Numbered from the stretch's first letter, positions 25,789 to 39,743 are shown. The stretch: DNA of 64,000 nt from Perna viridis (GCA_037379345.1 CM074512.1:59417597-59481596); one strand, 5' to 3'. A program made the numbers and translations. The notes: generated by a model from the sequence alone, not told the origin.

Positions 25789-26957
25789 GTAAGTGAATAT
25801 TTGTTCTAGACTTGTATTTCATATTTCCCATGGAAATTATTGTCCCTTTAAATGAATAATTAAACAGGTACACCCAAAAAAATGACATCGAATTATTATG
25901 ATGTTGAAACTTAATGAAACTATCGTAATAAAACTTTGTACCTATAGAGTTAGTTTCAGTTCATCAAATGTTAGTTTGAAACAGGGTGGAATATTTGTGA
26001 GTACACTACCTAAATATGGCAGTTTTTACTTGATTATAAGTGACCTTTTTGTTAAATCTACTCGGGCCTTATTGATAAATCTCTAGGCCAAAGTCAAGGT
26101 CAGGCTTGATGTATTTTTTTAAATTGTACATTCTTAACGGGTGTTGTTGCGTAATTATTCAACTGTCCGAAAAAAGTATGATTTTGGTTTTTAAAAAAAT
26201 GATTTTTTATAGCAGTTTTTTTTTTAATAGTTTTAAATGCACATTGTCTAAACCATGTGGATATGTTTATGTTAAAGTATGCACTCTCATGAAAACGTCT
26301 AAATTCATCTACCAGGAATAAAGACGAAATCCCTTGTAAATTATAATACATCGACTTTAAAAATAAGTCGTAATAACGAGTCAATATTGCCGTATAACGC
26401 AAAAAAAGTTATAATGAGACTAATCAACTTTCGTTCAACAGACAAAAAAAAATGTTTTCCTCGGTTTTTTTTTCATGAATGGGGTTTAGAAAACATATAA
26501 AAGAATATAATAAATTGCTTGTTAACAAGATAAAGCATCGACAAAAAGCTCAGCATAGTTATAGTGGAAGCAATCTGAATATTTATGATCAGGCTTTTTT
26601 GGGGATTTGAATAGACTTCTCCAAGATAAGATGTTTTGGGTGACAACATTGTTAGTACAAAACTAACTTCAAGTATAGGTGCGCTTAGTTCAAGGTTTTT
26701 GTTTTGGTGTTATTGAGCAAAAATGCTAAAATTTTTGTTGTCTTTTCAATAACTGCAGTGTCAGCTCATAAGTGTTTTAATAAGGATCGATGTTCTGAAA
26801 ACGTACTTATATTCTCTACATTTGCCTCAGAAGGTTGACTTGTTAACAAAGAAGAATAGCTTTAATGGCATTTATGATAATTTGTCAACACTCTTTCAAA
26901 TGAATTATTACAAGGCTCAATTTAACTTTGTAATTAATATATGTGTTTATTTTATAG

Positions 26958-29900
26958 AAAAGGTTTTCTTCGTGTAAATCTACTATTTAAACATGGGGCA
27001 CAGGTGATGAGGGGTGATATCAATGTTTCAAAGACAGTGCCAAACTTTCAAATCATGGAGGAAAAGAACAAAAGTATGCAAGGAAATCGGCAGACAACGC
27101 TTATAACAGCAACATTACAAACCGCTGATATAAAAGCTGGAGTAATAGTCATGTCCGAAAACGAAACAGATACCCTAACTAATATATTTGATAAAGCGCT
27201 GGAACGTAATATTTCTGATTACCAAGAGAAAGATCATACGGTACCAGGTGACAAATTCTTAGCCCAGTTCAACTTGTCAAGGGTTGATTTTAGATCTATA
27301 TCGATAGACCAAGAGGGAAATTCTTCCTCTACATACGATGCACCATTTCCAGACAATGAACGTGATACACAATTAATGGATATAAAGCAGACTAGAAATT
27401 CATCGATATTTCACTACTTGGATCTCGACTTCGATCTAGATAATAATGACACAAGTCAGAACTTATCAACAAAATTTCTAGAGAATTCTTTTTCAAAATC
27501 ATATAATGCAACAAAAAATGCAGCGAAAAGTTTAGATTTGAAAGACATAAAACAAAATGTTGCCCCTCTTGTCAAAGGTTCTTATTTTGATATGAACTTA
27601 TCCAAAATTAAAAACAACTCCTCATTAAACATTTTTCAAAAGATACCTAGGCGATTGACTAGATTAAAAGACGCTTCCATCGGTTTAAAAAGAAAATCAC
27701 TGACGCACAACAACAGTGACAATTTTGAAGCAAAAAACTGGTTATTGGATGGTGTATTGGAAAACAAAACAAAACATAATAGTGATAGTCTTGACGTTCA
27801 TGTTTTGTACAGCAATAGTAGACTGGAATTAGGAGACGGTGAAACAATTGAAAATGTAGTCGAGGAGAATGGGACCAAAACTTTTTCATCCCGTTTGTCG
27901 AAGGATTTGAAGAAAAGTGGCAAAACAAGTTTTACAAATCCAGCGATAAAAACGTTGTTTGTGTTGAACAAATCAGCAAATTTCAATGCAGAGATTAAAA
28001 GTTCGAAAAGACTATTTCAGAATATGTCGGAAAAAGGGACATCAAATTTACCATCAATCAAACTAAATAAGGAAACAAAAGATTCTAAACCTGAAGACAT
28101 GTTTAATGTAACATTTTCACAACCGTCTCGTTTGTTAACAATAACCAAGGAAATATTTCCTGTGTCTAAAGTCATGAATATAACAAATCAAGAACTATTG
28201 AAAAAGACACGTACAAAAACGTCCGATAAAAGTGGAGGGTTTTCATTACTTCAGAATTTTAGTTCTTTAGCTTCGTTGAAATTGGATAATGTGGCAGCAA
28301 TTGATAATGGAACATTAATGAGCAGTAAAAAAATAACGAGTTTTGAAACTAAAAGTGACAGAATTAAGACCGGGAATCAAAATTTGACTTCTTCGGAGGT
28401 TTCAAAACATATATATTTGAATACAACATTAAAAAGTGGAGAAGTGTCGCAAACAATAGCAAAACCGGAAAATGGCAAATTTGAGAAAAACTACATCTAT
28501 AGAGAAGTCTCATTTGTTGCTACTCCAGATGAATATAATTTTATCAAAAATGTTATCGACAAGAACCTGATTGACACTGCAGAGAATATTGATTCCAATA
28601 CTAATTTCGGTAAGGTTACCAACAAATCAAACACTTCAGAAAAAAATATAGGTGATAATTTAATCATTAATACGACCGTAACTGTGAATTTATCTGAAGT
28701 TAAATATCTAAATGTCAGTAATACGAGTACATTAGCGTCGGATTCCTTAAACACATTGACCTCAGATACATTAGGTGTTGTTGAAATTGTAAACGCATCA
28801 ACGCCAAATGAAACCAATTATATGGCTTCTCAGTTCGTCTTAAGGGAAACAAATGCTAGTGATGTCAAACAAATGCAAAATTTCAACGCATCACATGCTC
28901 CTCAATTTTTGAAAAGTGAATATAACCTAGAAAAAATCGTCAACAATAATACTTCCAATGTTAATGCAACATCCATCGAAAACGAAAATGAAGTTAATAA
29001 TACAAATATTTCAAAAATAGACGTTAAAAATGTGATAAAGAATCGGTATACAGGGACTTCAACTCTGCAACATAATATATTACATGCAACTTCAAATCCT
29101 GAAAATATTTTATCATATGATATGCTAAAGCAACACCATAAGATAAAAGTGGCAGTATCATCCACCAACAAAAGGAATTACAATTCAACAAAAAATCCTG
29201 TTGAAACAACAAAATATGCTTTGTCAAATGAAATACCTCTGATAAATTTGAGAACAAACGTTTTGTCATATGATATGAATTCTCCAAGCATGCTGATGAA
29301 TGTTACAACAAATGATGACAATATTTCTTATACATCAGGTGTAACAAAAACGGATGTTACTCACTTCAAAACTGCAATAGATGATCAGGCCCTGAATATC
29401 ACAACAACAAATGTGACGGCATTTGATTCAAGTCAAAATATCACTTCAACCAACAACAGAACCAATGATGTTACTCATTATAACATCTCAACAAAGATTA
29501 CTATAAAGAATATACAACATTCAGCTGGTGCAAACATTTCAATTAATTCCAGGGATGGGTATCTTCATAATACCTCAAGAAACAAAACAAAAACATATGT
29601 GACTCTTGAAAGTGCTTTAAATATCACGCCCAAGGTCGTAAGCGCTGCTTTCACTGCATTATACGTTACGACAAATGCCGTGACCGACAAAATCAATTCA
29701 ACAAATGTCACGTCAAATGATGTGAACTTAGTTAACAAATCAACAAACGTGACATCTAATGAAGTAATTCATGCTATCACTTCAACGAAGGACATAACCA
29801 AATCTATGACTCTTGATAATACTTCGAGAAACGTAAGTACGAATGAAGTAACTTTAAAAAACGTTACAGGAAATGGTGTATTGGGTCTTGGAAACACTTC

Positions 29901-31911
29901 CACAAACGTTCCGACCTATGATTTACCTTTTAATTTCACTATACCCAAGCAAACAACAAATAGCGTGAATCGTGATAATAAACAAATAAATGTTTTTGGA
30001 AGTGGCAAGAGTCTGTCTGACAGTATGATAAACATGACTGCATCCGATGTTTCTTACTTTACAAAGAAAAGAAGTGAATGGAATGCCACATTTTTAAAGA
30101 CGTTGACCTATCAAAGCAATGCAATCAAGGAAACAAAAAATGATGTTTTCTATGACAACGCTTCGACAAACGTAACTACGGATGATATGATTTCTGTTAA
30201 CACTGACGCAAATGTTTCAACAGATGATATTCTTATCAATAACACTTCAACGAATGTTACTATGATACTTCTAAGCAATTCAACAACAATTACAGAGCAT
30301 GATGATATGATTATTAAATCTTCAACAAACTTTACAACAAATTATATACCTCATGAAGGCACTCAATTAAATGTTACGATAGAAGATATGCTCTTGCAAA
30401 AAACTTCTACAAACTTAATGGCAGATGATGCGATTTTGAAATACCCTTCTACAAACATTTCCAGAGATGATATACTATTAACAAATATTTCTGCACAAAG
30501 TGCAACGGAATATACAGCAACTGAAACCATAATGTTGAATGGAGTTGTTGGTGTCAACTCTACAACGACCAATACGTCGAACAATATGTTTATAAACTTC
30601 ACCACGGGTAACGAAACATCAAATGGTGTGTCTCCGTTTGAAACTATGTTTAATATTACATCATATAAAGATGATATGGTGAACTTTTCTGTACAACCGA
30701 CCAAAGAAATACATTTGTTAGCAAAGAAAAAACATTCAATTGATACATTAGTTAATACTGTACTGGTAGCTGCTCCAATCGATAAGATAATTGCAGCAAA
30801 TGTTGGATGGTCTGACGATCATGGAAATAATTCAAGTCTTTTTAACTCAACAGAAGCAAAAGGAAAAGATATTTCTATCACAGAAAATACGAATGCAATG
30901 GAAACACCTACTCACATAACAAGAGAAAGGGGAAGCGATTTAACGACTGGAGGTTCATTAATAACAGCTAGCACTACAATTATGGGTAATTTATCTGTAA
31001 ATACTAACACTTTAACGGATGAAACAACAATCGATGGAACTAAAGGGAATGCATCATTCACAACTGAAGTCCCTACAAATATATGGTCATTCGTAACAAC
31101 GACAGCTGCAAAGAAAAGGAAGCCCTTTATAACTCAAATAACGGAAGGACAATATCTTGTTACAAAACCTCAAACGACAGATAGATCGTCGGTCACGTCA
31201 AACACACAATCGACAAATGAGGTGTCTGAACCATCTGTTACCACTAAAACATATTTGACAGGTGGCCAATATGTCACAACAAACGCCCCAACGAAAGGTG
31301 TATCATCTGTAACAACAAAAACTCCAGTGACAGATGGGTTATCTATCACAACAAACACGGTAACGACAGGTCGATCGTCTGTCACAACAAACACTGCAAG
31401 GACAGGTTGGTCATCTGCTACATCTAAAGAGTTTATGAATGTTGAGTCATCTGTTATATCTAAAGAGTTTATGAATGGTGAGTCATATGTCACAACAAAC
31501 ACTCCAACGAAAGTTGTGTCGTCTGTCACAATAAACACTCCATCGACAAACATTCTAACGACAAGTGGGCATTCTGTCTCAACAAACACTCCCAAAACAA
31601 GTGGGGCGTCCGTCACAACAAATGGTGCAATGACAGGTGGGTCATCTGCATTAACTAAGACTTCTATGACAAAAGAGTCATCTCTAACGACTAAATCTTT
31701 TAAGACAAAAGGGCATTTAACGACTAACGCTTTATCGTATATACAGCCAACAGAAACTAGCATACTACAAGCAACTTTATCTAGACTAAATGCCGAAGCT
31801 CTCCAGTCATCTAACGTAAGAGGATTAAATTCTGGAACTAATAGCTTCTTTCTGTTTGATGTCAATTTACTGGGAAAACATGGCTTACCCTTAAATTTCG
31901 AACAAAAATAG
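26958..31911 (+). CDS. Type II mucin-like gene, giant terminal exon: about 1650 aa Asn/Thr/Ser-rich ectodomain
   Basis: A 4.95-kb open frame in AT-rich DNA; acceptor TTTATAG|A is phase-compatible; no Cys; dozens of N-x-S/T sequons; 14-aa and 12-aa degenerate repeats; AATAAA at 32193. Confidence 0.9.
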
Positions 31912-33619
31912 ACCTTTGAAGGGATAATAGTTATTTCTGATGTAGATAATATCAATGCAGTACGTGTAATATTGGCATAGTTTCTGAAGCCTGAACTTAT
32001 CTACTTTATCTATTTAATTCATTAGTTACTAGTTTGAATTTATCTTTTGTATTGTTCACTTGTATTACCCGATTAAATACTCAGATTTAAAATGTCTCCT
32101 CGGAATCAAATATATTAATATATGCTATAATTATTAAACAGTACCTAGTTGTCATAAACGCAGCATTAGTACTTTAAATGCAACAAGTATGGAATAAATA
32201 TTAGCCCACAAGGTAATTCCTTGACAAAACTTGGTTATGGATTCAGAAGATATATAATAGTGTTTTTATTGTAGAGTCTAGGATTATTTTACGTCTCGTT
32301 GACATTGACATTCAAAAAGGCGGACGGTAGCACTTCTTTAAGGGGAATATATATGGTTTGAATGTTATGTGTCCAAATTTTGTTAAAAACTGGAGTCGTT
32401 ACGATGTCGCATAAGAAAACTGACGTGCGACCGATTAAAATGTCTGGCACCAAGGTATTTTCTGTAGTTCAAGATATTTTTTAAAAAGGATCATAACAAA
32501 ACCAATACTTCTACGATAAGTCAAAAGCTTAAAATCAAGCCGATCTTATTTCCCTTTTTAATGGCGTGTTATAAAGATGCAGAAATTGTTTTGCAGCATT
32601 ACCGGAAAATTCCTGACATTCTTGTGTATATAATGTATGCAATGTAAAGTAGAGTCTGTGGCACTCTGCTGCTAAATTCAGTTAGTGATTTCAGTGAGTG
32701 TTTCGGCCTTGCACGGCTATATACCGTCCTATATCAAAGGCATGATTGGCCAGATTTGTCCTTTTTGCAATAAATTCGGAAAATGATACCGAGTGTTTTT
32801 CAGACATTCTTGGATGTATAATTTTGTATACTCTGTTATACTATGTTAAACAGAATTATACGTCGCTGTTGAATTGGTTTCAATCAATGACTTCAGTGGT
32901 TGTTTCGGACATGTTGGCCTGTGTAGCGCTCTCGTTAGAGGGCATGATAGACCATGTGCGTCTGCCTCAATTTTCAGAACTAGATCAATTTTCGAAACCC
33001 AGCAAATTAGAATTACGAACACGTTTATTGTACTAGTAGATGTTTTATTTCATGGATTGTTAAGAACACAATGTTTAGTACATGTTTCATCCATTTTTCT
33101 GTATTGATGTAATGCACATCAGTTTGGACAGAATGCGTTGTAAACTTTCCAAACAAAATCCGCAGGTGAATAGATGGACGGGCATATAAAGAGATGGATG
33201 GTAGCGCTTCTTTTCTTTTGTGAAGTTTACATACAGTTAGAGTGGGATCCAGGAATGTTACACCTGAGCGTACTCTGTTCACCGATAGCTTTTATTTTGA
33301 TATCCTTAAATAATTTGAATATTCATTGAATAGAACATACCTAATAAATAATTTATTATTTCCATTGATTTATATTGATTCACAAGAACATACATAAGAG
33401 AAAAGGTAAAACAAAAATTTGGACTCCAGATGTTACGTGAAGGTACTTAAAGTCTATACAGTTAGGTCACTTTTTGTTAGAATGTAGAGAAATGTCTGAG
33501 AAAATCAAAACATAAATTTCAAGTTTTTTTTTTGTTTTTGTTTTCGTTTTTGTTTTTGTTTTTTTTTAATAAAAAGTACATACAGTACATATCATTCACT
33601 TACAAACTACCACAGGAAG

Positions 33620-34315
33620 AAGGGTAATCAAGGAAACAAGATTATAAAAAGAATGAAATCTAGGAACAAAGACCAGACATTGAAAACGCACACAGCAAAG
33701 AACATAAAATAACCAAAATAATACATACAAAGTAACAAAAGTAAATGAGCAACTCGTACTCCACTAAAAACTGGGAGCATGGATCAGATCAACCAGTAGG
33801 GTAAGCGTCCTCTGTGTGTTTCTAGAAACACCCGCAGAGTTGCTCATGAAAAGTCAAATCCAGGGTAGACAAAAGAGGAAAGGAAAACTATGACATGTTG
33901 AACAAATCAGTTTTCATAGAGCAGATAAATACACCGTAAATATCCACGAGTTCATGATGACGACCATAAAACTTCTGTAGTGATGATTTCAATCTTGTAG
34001 CAACATAACCCTGTTCCAGAAGCCTAATTGTAAGGGATCCAGTGCGATACAAAAAGTCTCGGCAAGCTCTGGCATAACGTATGAGTTGTGATATGAAAAC
34101 TCCATACGCAGGTGTTAAAGGGGTGTTGCCACAGATGAAAGGAAAGTTGACAATACGGGAAAAGTCATTGCGTTTGTCGCATAGTTTGGTCAATAGTTTT
34201 TTACCATCGATCTCTAAGTGTACCTCAAGATATGAGGCTGACTTCACAATGTCTGTAATATTCTTTATCTCAAGTTATTTGTAGATGTGATGTATAAAGT
34301 CCCCGAAACTAGGAT
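33620..34315 (-). mobile_element. Naiad PLE family A 3' fragment
   Basis: KSASYLEVHLEIDGK...AYGVFISQLIRYARAC...LKSSLQKFYGRHHELV followed by the family 3' UTR. Confidence 0.9.
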
Positions 34316-34572
34316 AGGCAATAGGTCAAGTGGGTCAAGTTAGGAATACGTCATCAGTTTTGCAGTTTCTTGTTGAGTTAACAGGCTATTTATTGAGGTT
34401 ATCCTAATTAGTGTTTTCTTTTAAATTTTCTATTTTTCATCGGATATTTAACGTTGTACCAATTTATACTTATATACAATGAATTCTATTCTTGGATTTA
34501 CATGAATACATTATAAAAGAGATGTTATCTTGAACTTTTGGATGTGAACCTCGACCTGGACTTAATAATAAA

Positions 34573-35958
34573 ATGGCGACTAGACGCCGTAGAAATATTG
34601 GATTTCGTCTTGACCCGACAAATTGGACAACAGCTGAATTAAAAAGTGAATTGGAAAAGATCGGCATAAAAATAACAGCTAATCTTACAAACAATCAATT
34701 AAGAAGGATTTATCTAGATAATAAAAATCTCTTCAAGATGTAACTCCCGAAGCCATGCAAGACGAAATTTGTACGTCAGGAACTTTTAATAATGCACCAA
34801 TTGGACAAGCAACCTTGAGTCATGACTTAAATTCTAATACAGATAATATGACTGACAGTGAAATTTCGCGGGACAATAATGTGTATAAAGCGACTCCGCC
34901 CAGGTTACAGGAAGTTTCGAATGCGCATACGATTTTTCGTCAAATCAAAACAATGATAGTTCAGCTTTACGTGTTGATCAAACTTTGTTAGCAAATACTT
35001 TGGCGTTGTGTCAGCAAGCCTTAGCTAATTCAAACAACCAGAAAGAGAAACCAGAGAAATATAGTCTACGAACTGCAATGAGTATGCCAAATTTTCCGCA
35101 TCCTATTTCGGCTTTTCCACATGCACATCCGACCATAGTCTAGCCTAATCCAACCATGCATCACAAGCCCTCCTAATGCCGATTTATACGGCCACTAATT
35201 CTAGTCAATGCAGAATTGGGTTCCCGGCGTCTAGTTTTTCTGATGTGGACTTGGTTTCTCCAGATATACGAGCCCAAATTATTGCAGGTAATGACATTAA
35301 TCTTAACATTCTCTATGAGACACCTTCAAAAAAGAAGATTAGGGAAAATGATGACAGGTTGATGAGAAATTTTAGTCTTAATGAGTTCATCATTGCTTTT
35401 GGTCGTTATAAAAGGATCATGCGTTCAGCATTTCCCCAAAGAGCTGAAGAACTAAAGGCTTATTTAGCTCGCATTATAAAAACTGCAAATTTGTGGCCTG
35501 CAAAGTTTTATGAATACCACAAAATGTTCAGCGCGAAATATGCCATAATGTTATTAGAACACAACATAAAAATTGACTGGTCTATGGGTGATCTCGGGCT
35601 CCGCCAACTCGTGTCTGCTGGATCATGAGTTAATTCATGCAGTATTTGTAACTCAAATTTACATGCTACAGCAATGTGTCCAAGAGCAAGCCAGTTTTCC
35701 CGTAGCTTGTCAAATAATCAATACCACGATCGGTATGGAAGGGATGTTCTGATGCATGAGGGTAGTCAAATTTGCAATAATTTTAACAACCCAAGGGGAT
35801 GCAATAAGTCTATGTGCAAATATTTACATGTGTGCAAAGTATGCAAGAGCAGTAACCATAGTAACTTTCAGTGTACTATTAAAGTGCCACAACATAAACC
35901 ATTGGAAAGTAATAGGTCAGGTAACAATACCAAACAAACAAATGCTAAACAGGATTGA
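34573..35958 (+). pseudogene. Gag-like ORF with N-terminal LEM-like helix pair and C-terminal zinc knuckles
   Basis: MATRRRRNIGFRLDPTNWTTAELKSELEKIGI...; VSPDIRAQIIAG...FIIAFGRYKRIM...FYEYHKMFSAK...IDWS; CSICNSNLHATAMC; CNNFNNPRGCNKSMCKYLHVCKVCKSSNHSNFQC; frameshifts and stops. Confidence 0.85.
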
Positions 35959-35964
35959 CTATCT

Positions 35965-38900
35965 ATGCCTAAAAGTTTATGTAGTAGAGCTTACTATGAA
36001 CCATCAACTCCTATTAATGTTGATCATTTAAGAGCGGAATTAACTAATCATCCAGGTAAAAAATTAGTAAATTATCTATGTGATAGTTTGAACTATGGTT
36101 TTGATATGCTTGTATCCAATAGTATTCCTACTTATGAATGTGAAAATGCTTTATGTGCAAGGAATAATCCAGACATTGTTTCAAAATTATTACAAGAAGA
36201 AGTTAGTAAAGGTTTTGTTACAGGGTCTTTCTCTAAGCCCCTTTTGATTCACACAGAGTGAGTCCTTTAGGTATAGCAACTCACAAATATTCACAAAAGG
36301 AAAGATTGATTTTAGATTTATCATCTCCTCATAAGAATGATCATGTTAGTATAAATGATTTAATTGATAAGGAATTATGTTCTTTGACATATATAAAAAT
36401 AGATGATGTTATTAATGTTATTCAAAGATATGGAAAAGGTAGTTTATGCTGTAAGGCGGATATCTCGGATGCTTTCAAACAACTTCCTATTGCAAAGGAT
36501 CAGTGGCATCCGTATTGTGTTAAGTGGACAATCAGTATTATCATTATGTACGTTTGCCTTTTGGTTGCCGATCAAGTCCACGTTTATTTGACACTCTTTC
36601 CTCCAGCATATGCTGGATTGCTCAAGAAAAGTATGATATTGAGGTTATTTTTCATTTGCTTGATGACTTTCTTACAATTGATAGACCAACAGAAACTGGA
36701 GAACTATGGCTTTATTAAGTTTGATAATTAACAAACTACGAATCCTCTTTCGGCGAAAAAGACCATTGGTACAGTATGTGTGTAAGAGTATCTTGGAATT
36801 ATTCTAGATACAGTTAGAATGGATTGTAGATAAAATTAAAAGAATAACAGACTACATTTCTGTGATACTTTCTAAAAAATCTTGCACTAGAAAGGAGTTA
36901 GAACAATTACTTGGACATTTGAATTTTGCATCTCGTGTTATTCTTCCTGGGCGTGCCTTTGTTACCTACTTATACAAGCTCATGTCATCTGCGAAGGAAA
37001 GCTTTCATTATTTACATTTGAATAAAGAATGTAGATCAGACCTTAAAATGTGGCTTCAGTTCTTATCAAACTGGAACGGAGTAAGTATGTTTTATGAACT
37101 AGACTTAACATCTATCTGACATGCATCTATTTACAGTTGCTTCGTCAACGAAAGGTTTTGGTGTTTTCTATCAAGGACATTTCTTTTATGATACTTGGCC
37201 TGAAAATTTACACAACATTACAGACAAGGCTTTATCAATGACATTACTTGAATCCATACAAACAACGTTTCATAGCTGGATCTGCAAAATGTACCACCAA
37301 ACCTCTTTCAAAACTTTTAACTTCTATACTCACAACTGTCAAAGAGGGTCTACAGTCCTACCACAACACTTGTTACTCCCGTAGTGGTATTAATTCAATG
37401 TGGATCCTGAAAAATTCGAAAGATCTTTTGGAGACAATCAGTTCAAGACTATTATCTGAATATAATACATTAAAACCTATGATTTTTCAACACTGTATAC
37501 TTCTATTCCCCATACTCAGTTAAAATCCCGACTTAAAAACATTATACATCGTTGTTTTTCCAAAAAAGATGGTACACCTAGATACAAATATATAGTTCTT
37601 GGTAGAGATTCCTCATACTATGTAAGAAATAATTCCAAATTATCTTCTAAATATACAGAGGAAGATGTTTACAAAATGCTGGAATTTTTAATCGACAACA
37701 TATTTGTCCAGTGTGGTGGACGTGTTTTTCAACAAACGGTCGGCATTCCAATGGGAACAAATTGTGCTCCTTTACTTGCTGACCTATTCCTTCACTCTTA
37801 TGAGGCTGACTTTATAGCTAATCTGATCAGAAAGAAAGAATATCGTTTGGCCTGATCCTTCAATCTCAGTTTCCGCTATATAGATGACGTATTATCTTTA
37901 AACAATCCTAATTTCGGGGATTTGATACATCGCATATACCCAAAAGAACTTGAGATAAAGGATACTACAGACACTGTGAAGTCAGCCTCATATCTTGACC
38001 TACACTTAGAAATCGATGGTAAAGGAAAACTATTGACCAAACTTTACGACAAACGTGATGACTTTTCATTCAGAATTGTCAAATTTCCTTTCACCTGTGG
38101 CAACATCCCTTCATCTCCTGCGTATGGAGTGTTCATATCACAACTCATACGTTATGCCAGAGCTTGCCAAAACTACGCAGACTTTTTGTATCGCGCTGGA
38201 ACTCTAACAAATAGGCTTCTAGAACAGGGTTATGTTGCTACAAGATTGTAGTCATCACTACAGAAGTTTTATGATCGTCATCATGAACTCGTGGATCGTT
38301 ATGGTGTATCCATCAGCACCATGAAAACTTATTTATTCAACGGGTCATAGTTTTCCTTTCGTCGTTTGTCTACCCCGGACTTGACTTTTTATGAGCAACT
38401 CGGCGGGTGATTCTAGAAAAGCAGAGGACGCTTACCCTACCGGTGCACCTGATCCATGCTCCCAGTTTTTAGTGGAGTCCGGATTGCTCATTTACTTTTG
38501 TTACTTTGTATGTATGATTTTGGTTACTTTATGTTCTTTGTTGTGTATGTCTGTTTTCCATGTCTGGTCTTTGTCCCTGGATTACATTCTTTTGATTACC
38601 ACTATAACGTTGGTTCCCTTGATTACTCTTGAACTATATCCGATAGTTGTTGCTGCAGTTTTATGGAGGGGGGAAACTGGTCAGGGAAACGTATTTTATT
38701 TCACTGTGACAATGAAGCCACAGTACAAATTTTAAAGAAAGGACGCTCTAAGGATCCAGACATTATGAGGTTTATGCGCCAACTTGTAATGTGTGCTGCC
38801 ACTTATATATAGCGAATATGTACCTGGAAAAATCAATGTTATTGCTGATAGTCTTTCTCGTTTTCAGTTAGAGAAATTTCGTCGGCTAGTTTCAGATGCG
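35965..38900 (+). pseudogene. Ngaro RT/RNase H, interrupted by the Naiad insertion
   Basis: SPLGIATHKYSQKERLILDLSSP, KADISDAFKQLPI, RLPFGCRSSPRLFD, HLLDDFL, LLGHLNFASRVILPGRAF, SMTLLE|LYPIVVAAVLW, HCDNEA, VPGKINVIADSLSR. Confidence 0.9.
37253..38630 (+). mobile_element. Young 5'-truncated Naiad PLE family A insertion inside the Ngaro RNase H
   Basis: NPYKQRFIAGS...QQTVGIPMGTNCAPLLADLFL...FRYIDDVL...YDKRDDF, complete 3' UTR; CTTGAA at both junctions (37247-52 and 38628-33). Confidence 0.95.
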
Positions 38901-38939
38901 GACAACCCCACTCTATGTCCGTGCATTCAAGAGATTATC

Positions 38940-39743
38940 TGGATGTCGCAGTAGACAATATAAAAGCTAGTGCAGTTGCCAGCACGACCAAATAAAATGA
39001 CCAGTATATCAAGTTCCTATTACTTCAGGGAATTACATGGTTGTCTAGTGTACCACCAATATCAGAAACACTGTTATCCAGATTTATAGCTTAAATGGGC
39101 GTGAACGTTTACCTGTGACTTTTGACCTTTTATATCAAAAGTGCTTATTGTTACGTAGAGGTGTATTCAATTATTTTGTAGATATATTGTTAGAAACGGC
39201 ATGTATTATTGCATTTTTGGGGTTCCTTAGATGTGGCGAATTTACTGTTTTGGATAGTTTTGATCCCGAAACAAATTCATGCCTTAATGACATCACTTTA
39301 ACTACTGAATGTGTACAGATTTTATTAAAGAAATCTAAAACTGATCCTTTTAGATTCGGCATAACAATTCCACTTTTTAATAATGGTTCAGAAATTTGTC
39401 CTCTTCAAATAGTACAGAAATATTTATATGCTAGAAGCCACTTAAATCGCTGCACTCAATCATTTTTTGTTACAGATTCAGGAAATCTTTAATCAAGACA
39501 TTTTTTCATTTCCCATGTCAAATTAATTTTAGAAAAACTTGGTTTGAAAAGTAGCAATTACAATGGTCACATCACACTTTTAGAATTGGGACTGCTACCT
39601 CAGCCCATGAAGCTCGTTTAGAGGAACATTTGATACAGACTTTAGGACGATGGTCCTCAGATTGCTATACATGATATATTCAAACTTCTCCAGATGTCTT
39701 AAAACAAGCACAAACTCAACTTGTAGCAACAGTTAAAAGATAA
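38940..39743 (+). pseudogene. Tyrosine recombinase (YR) of the Ngaro-like element
   Basis: AFLGFLRCGEFT, LKKSKTDPFRFG, NGH...FRIGTATSA, IQTLGRWSSDCY; stops and an apparent internal deletion. Confidence 0.9.

Noticed and set aside
31170-31955. 261-aa antisense ORF, and other minus-strand ORFs within 27659-30704
   Set aside because: Shadow frames of the Thr/Asn-rich repetitive sense exon (ACA reads as TGT/GTT on the other strand); no independent signals.
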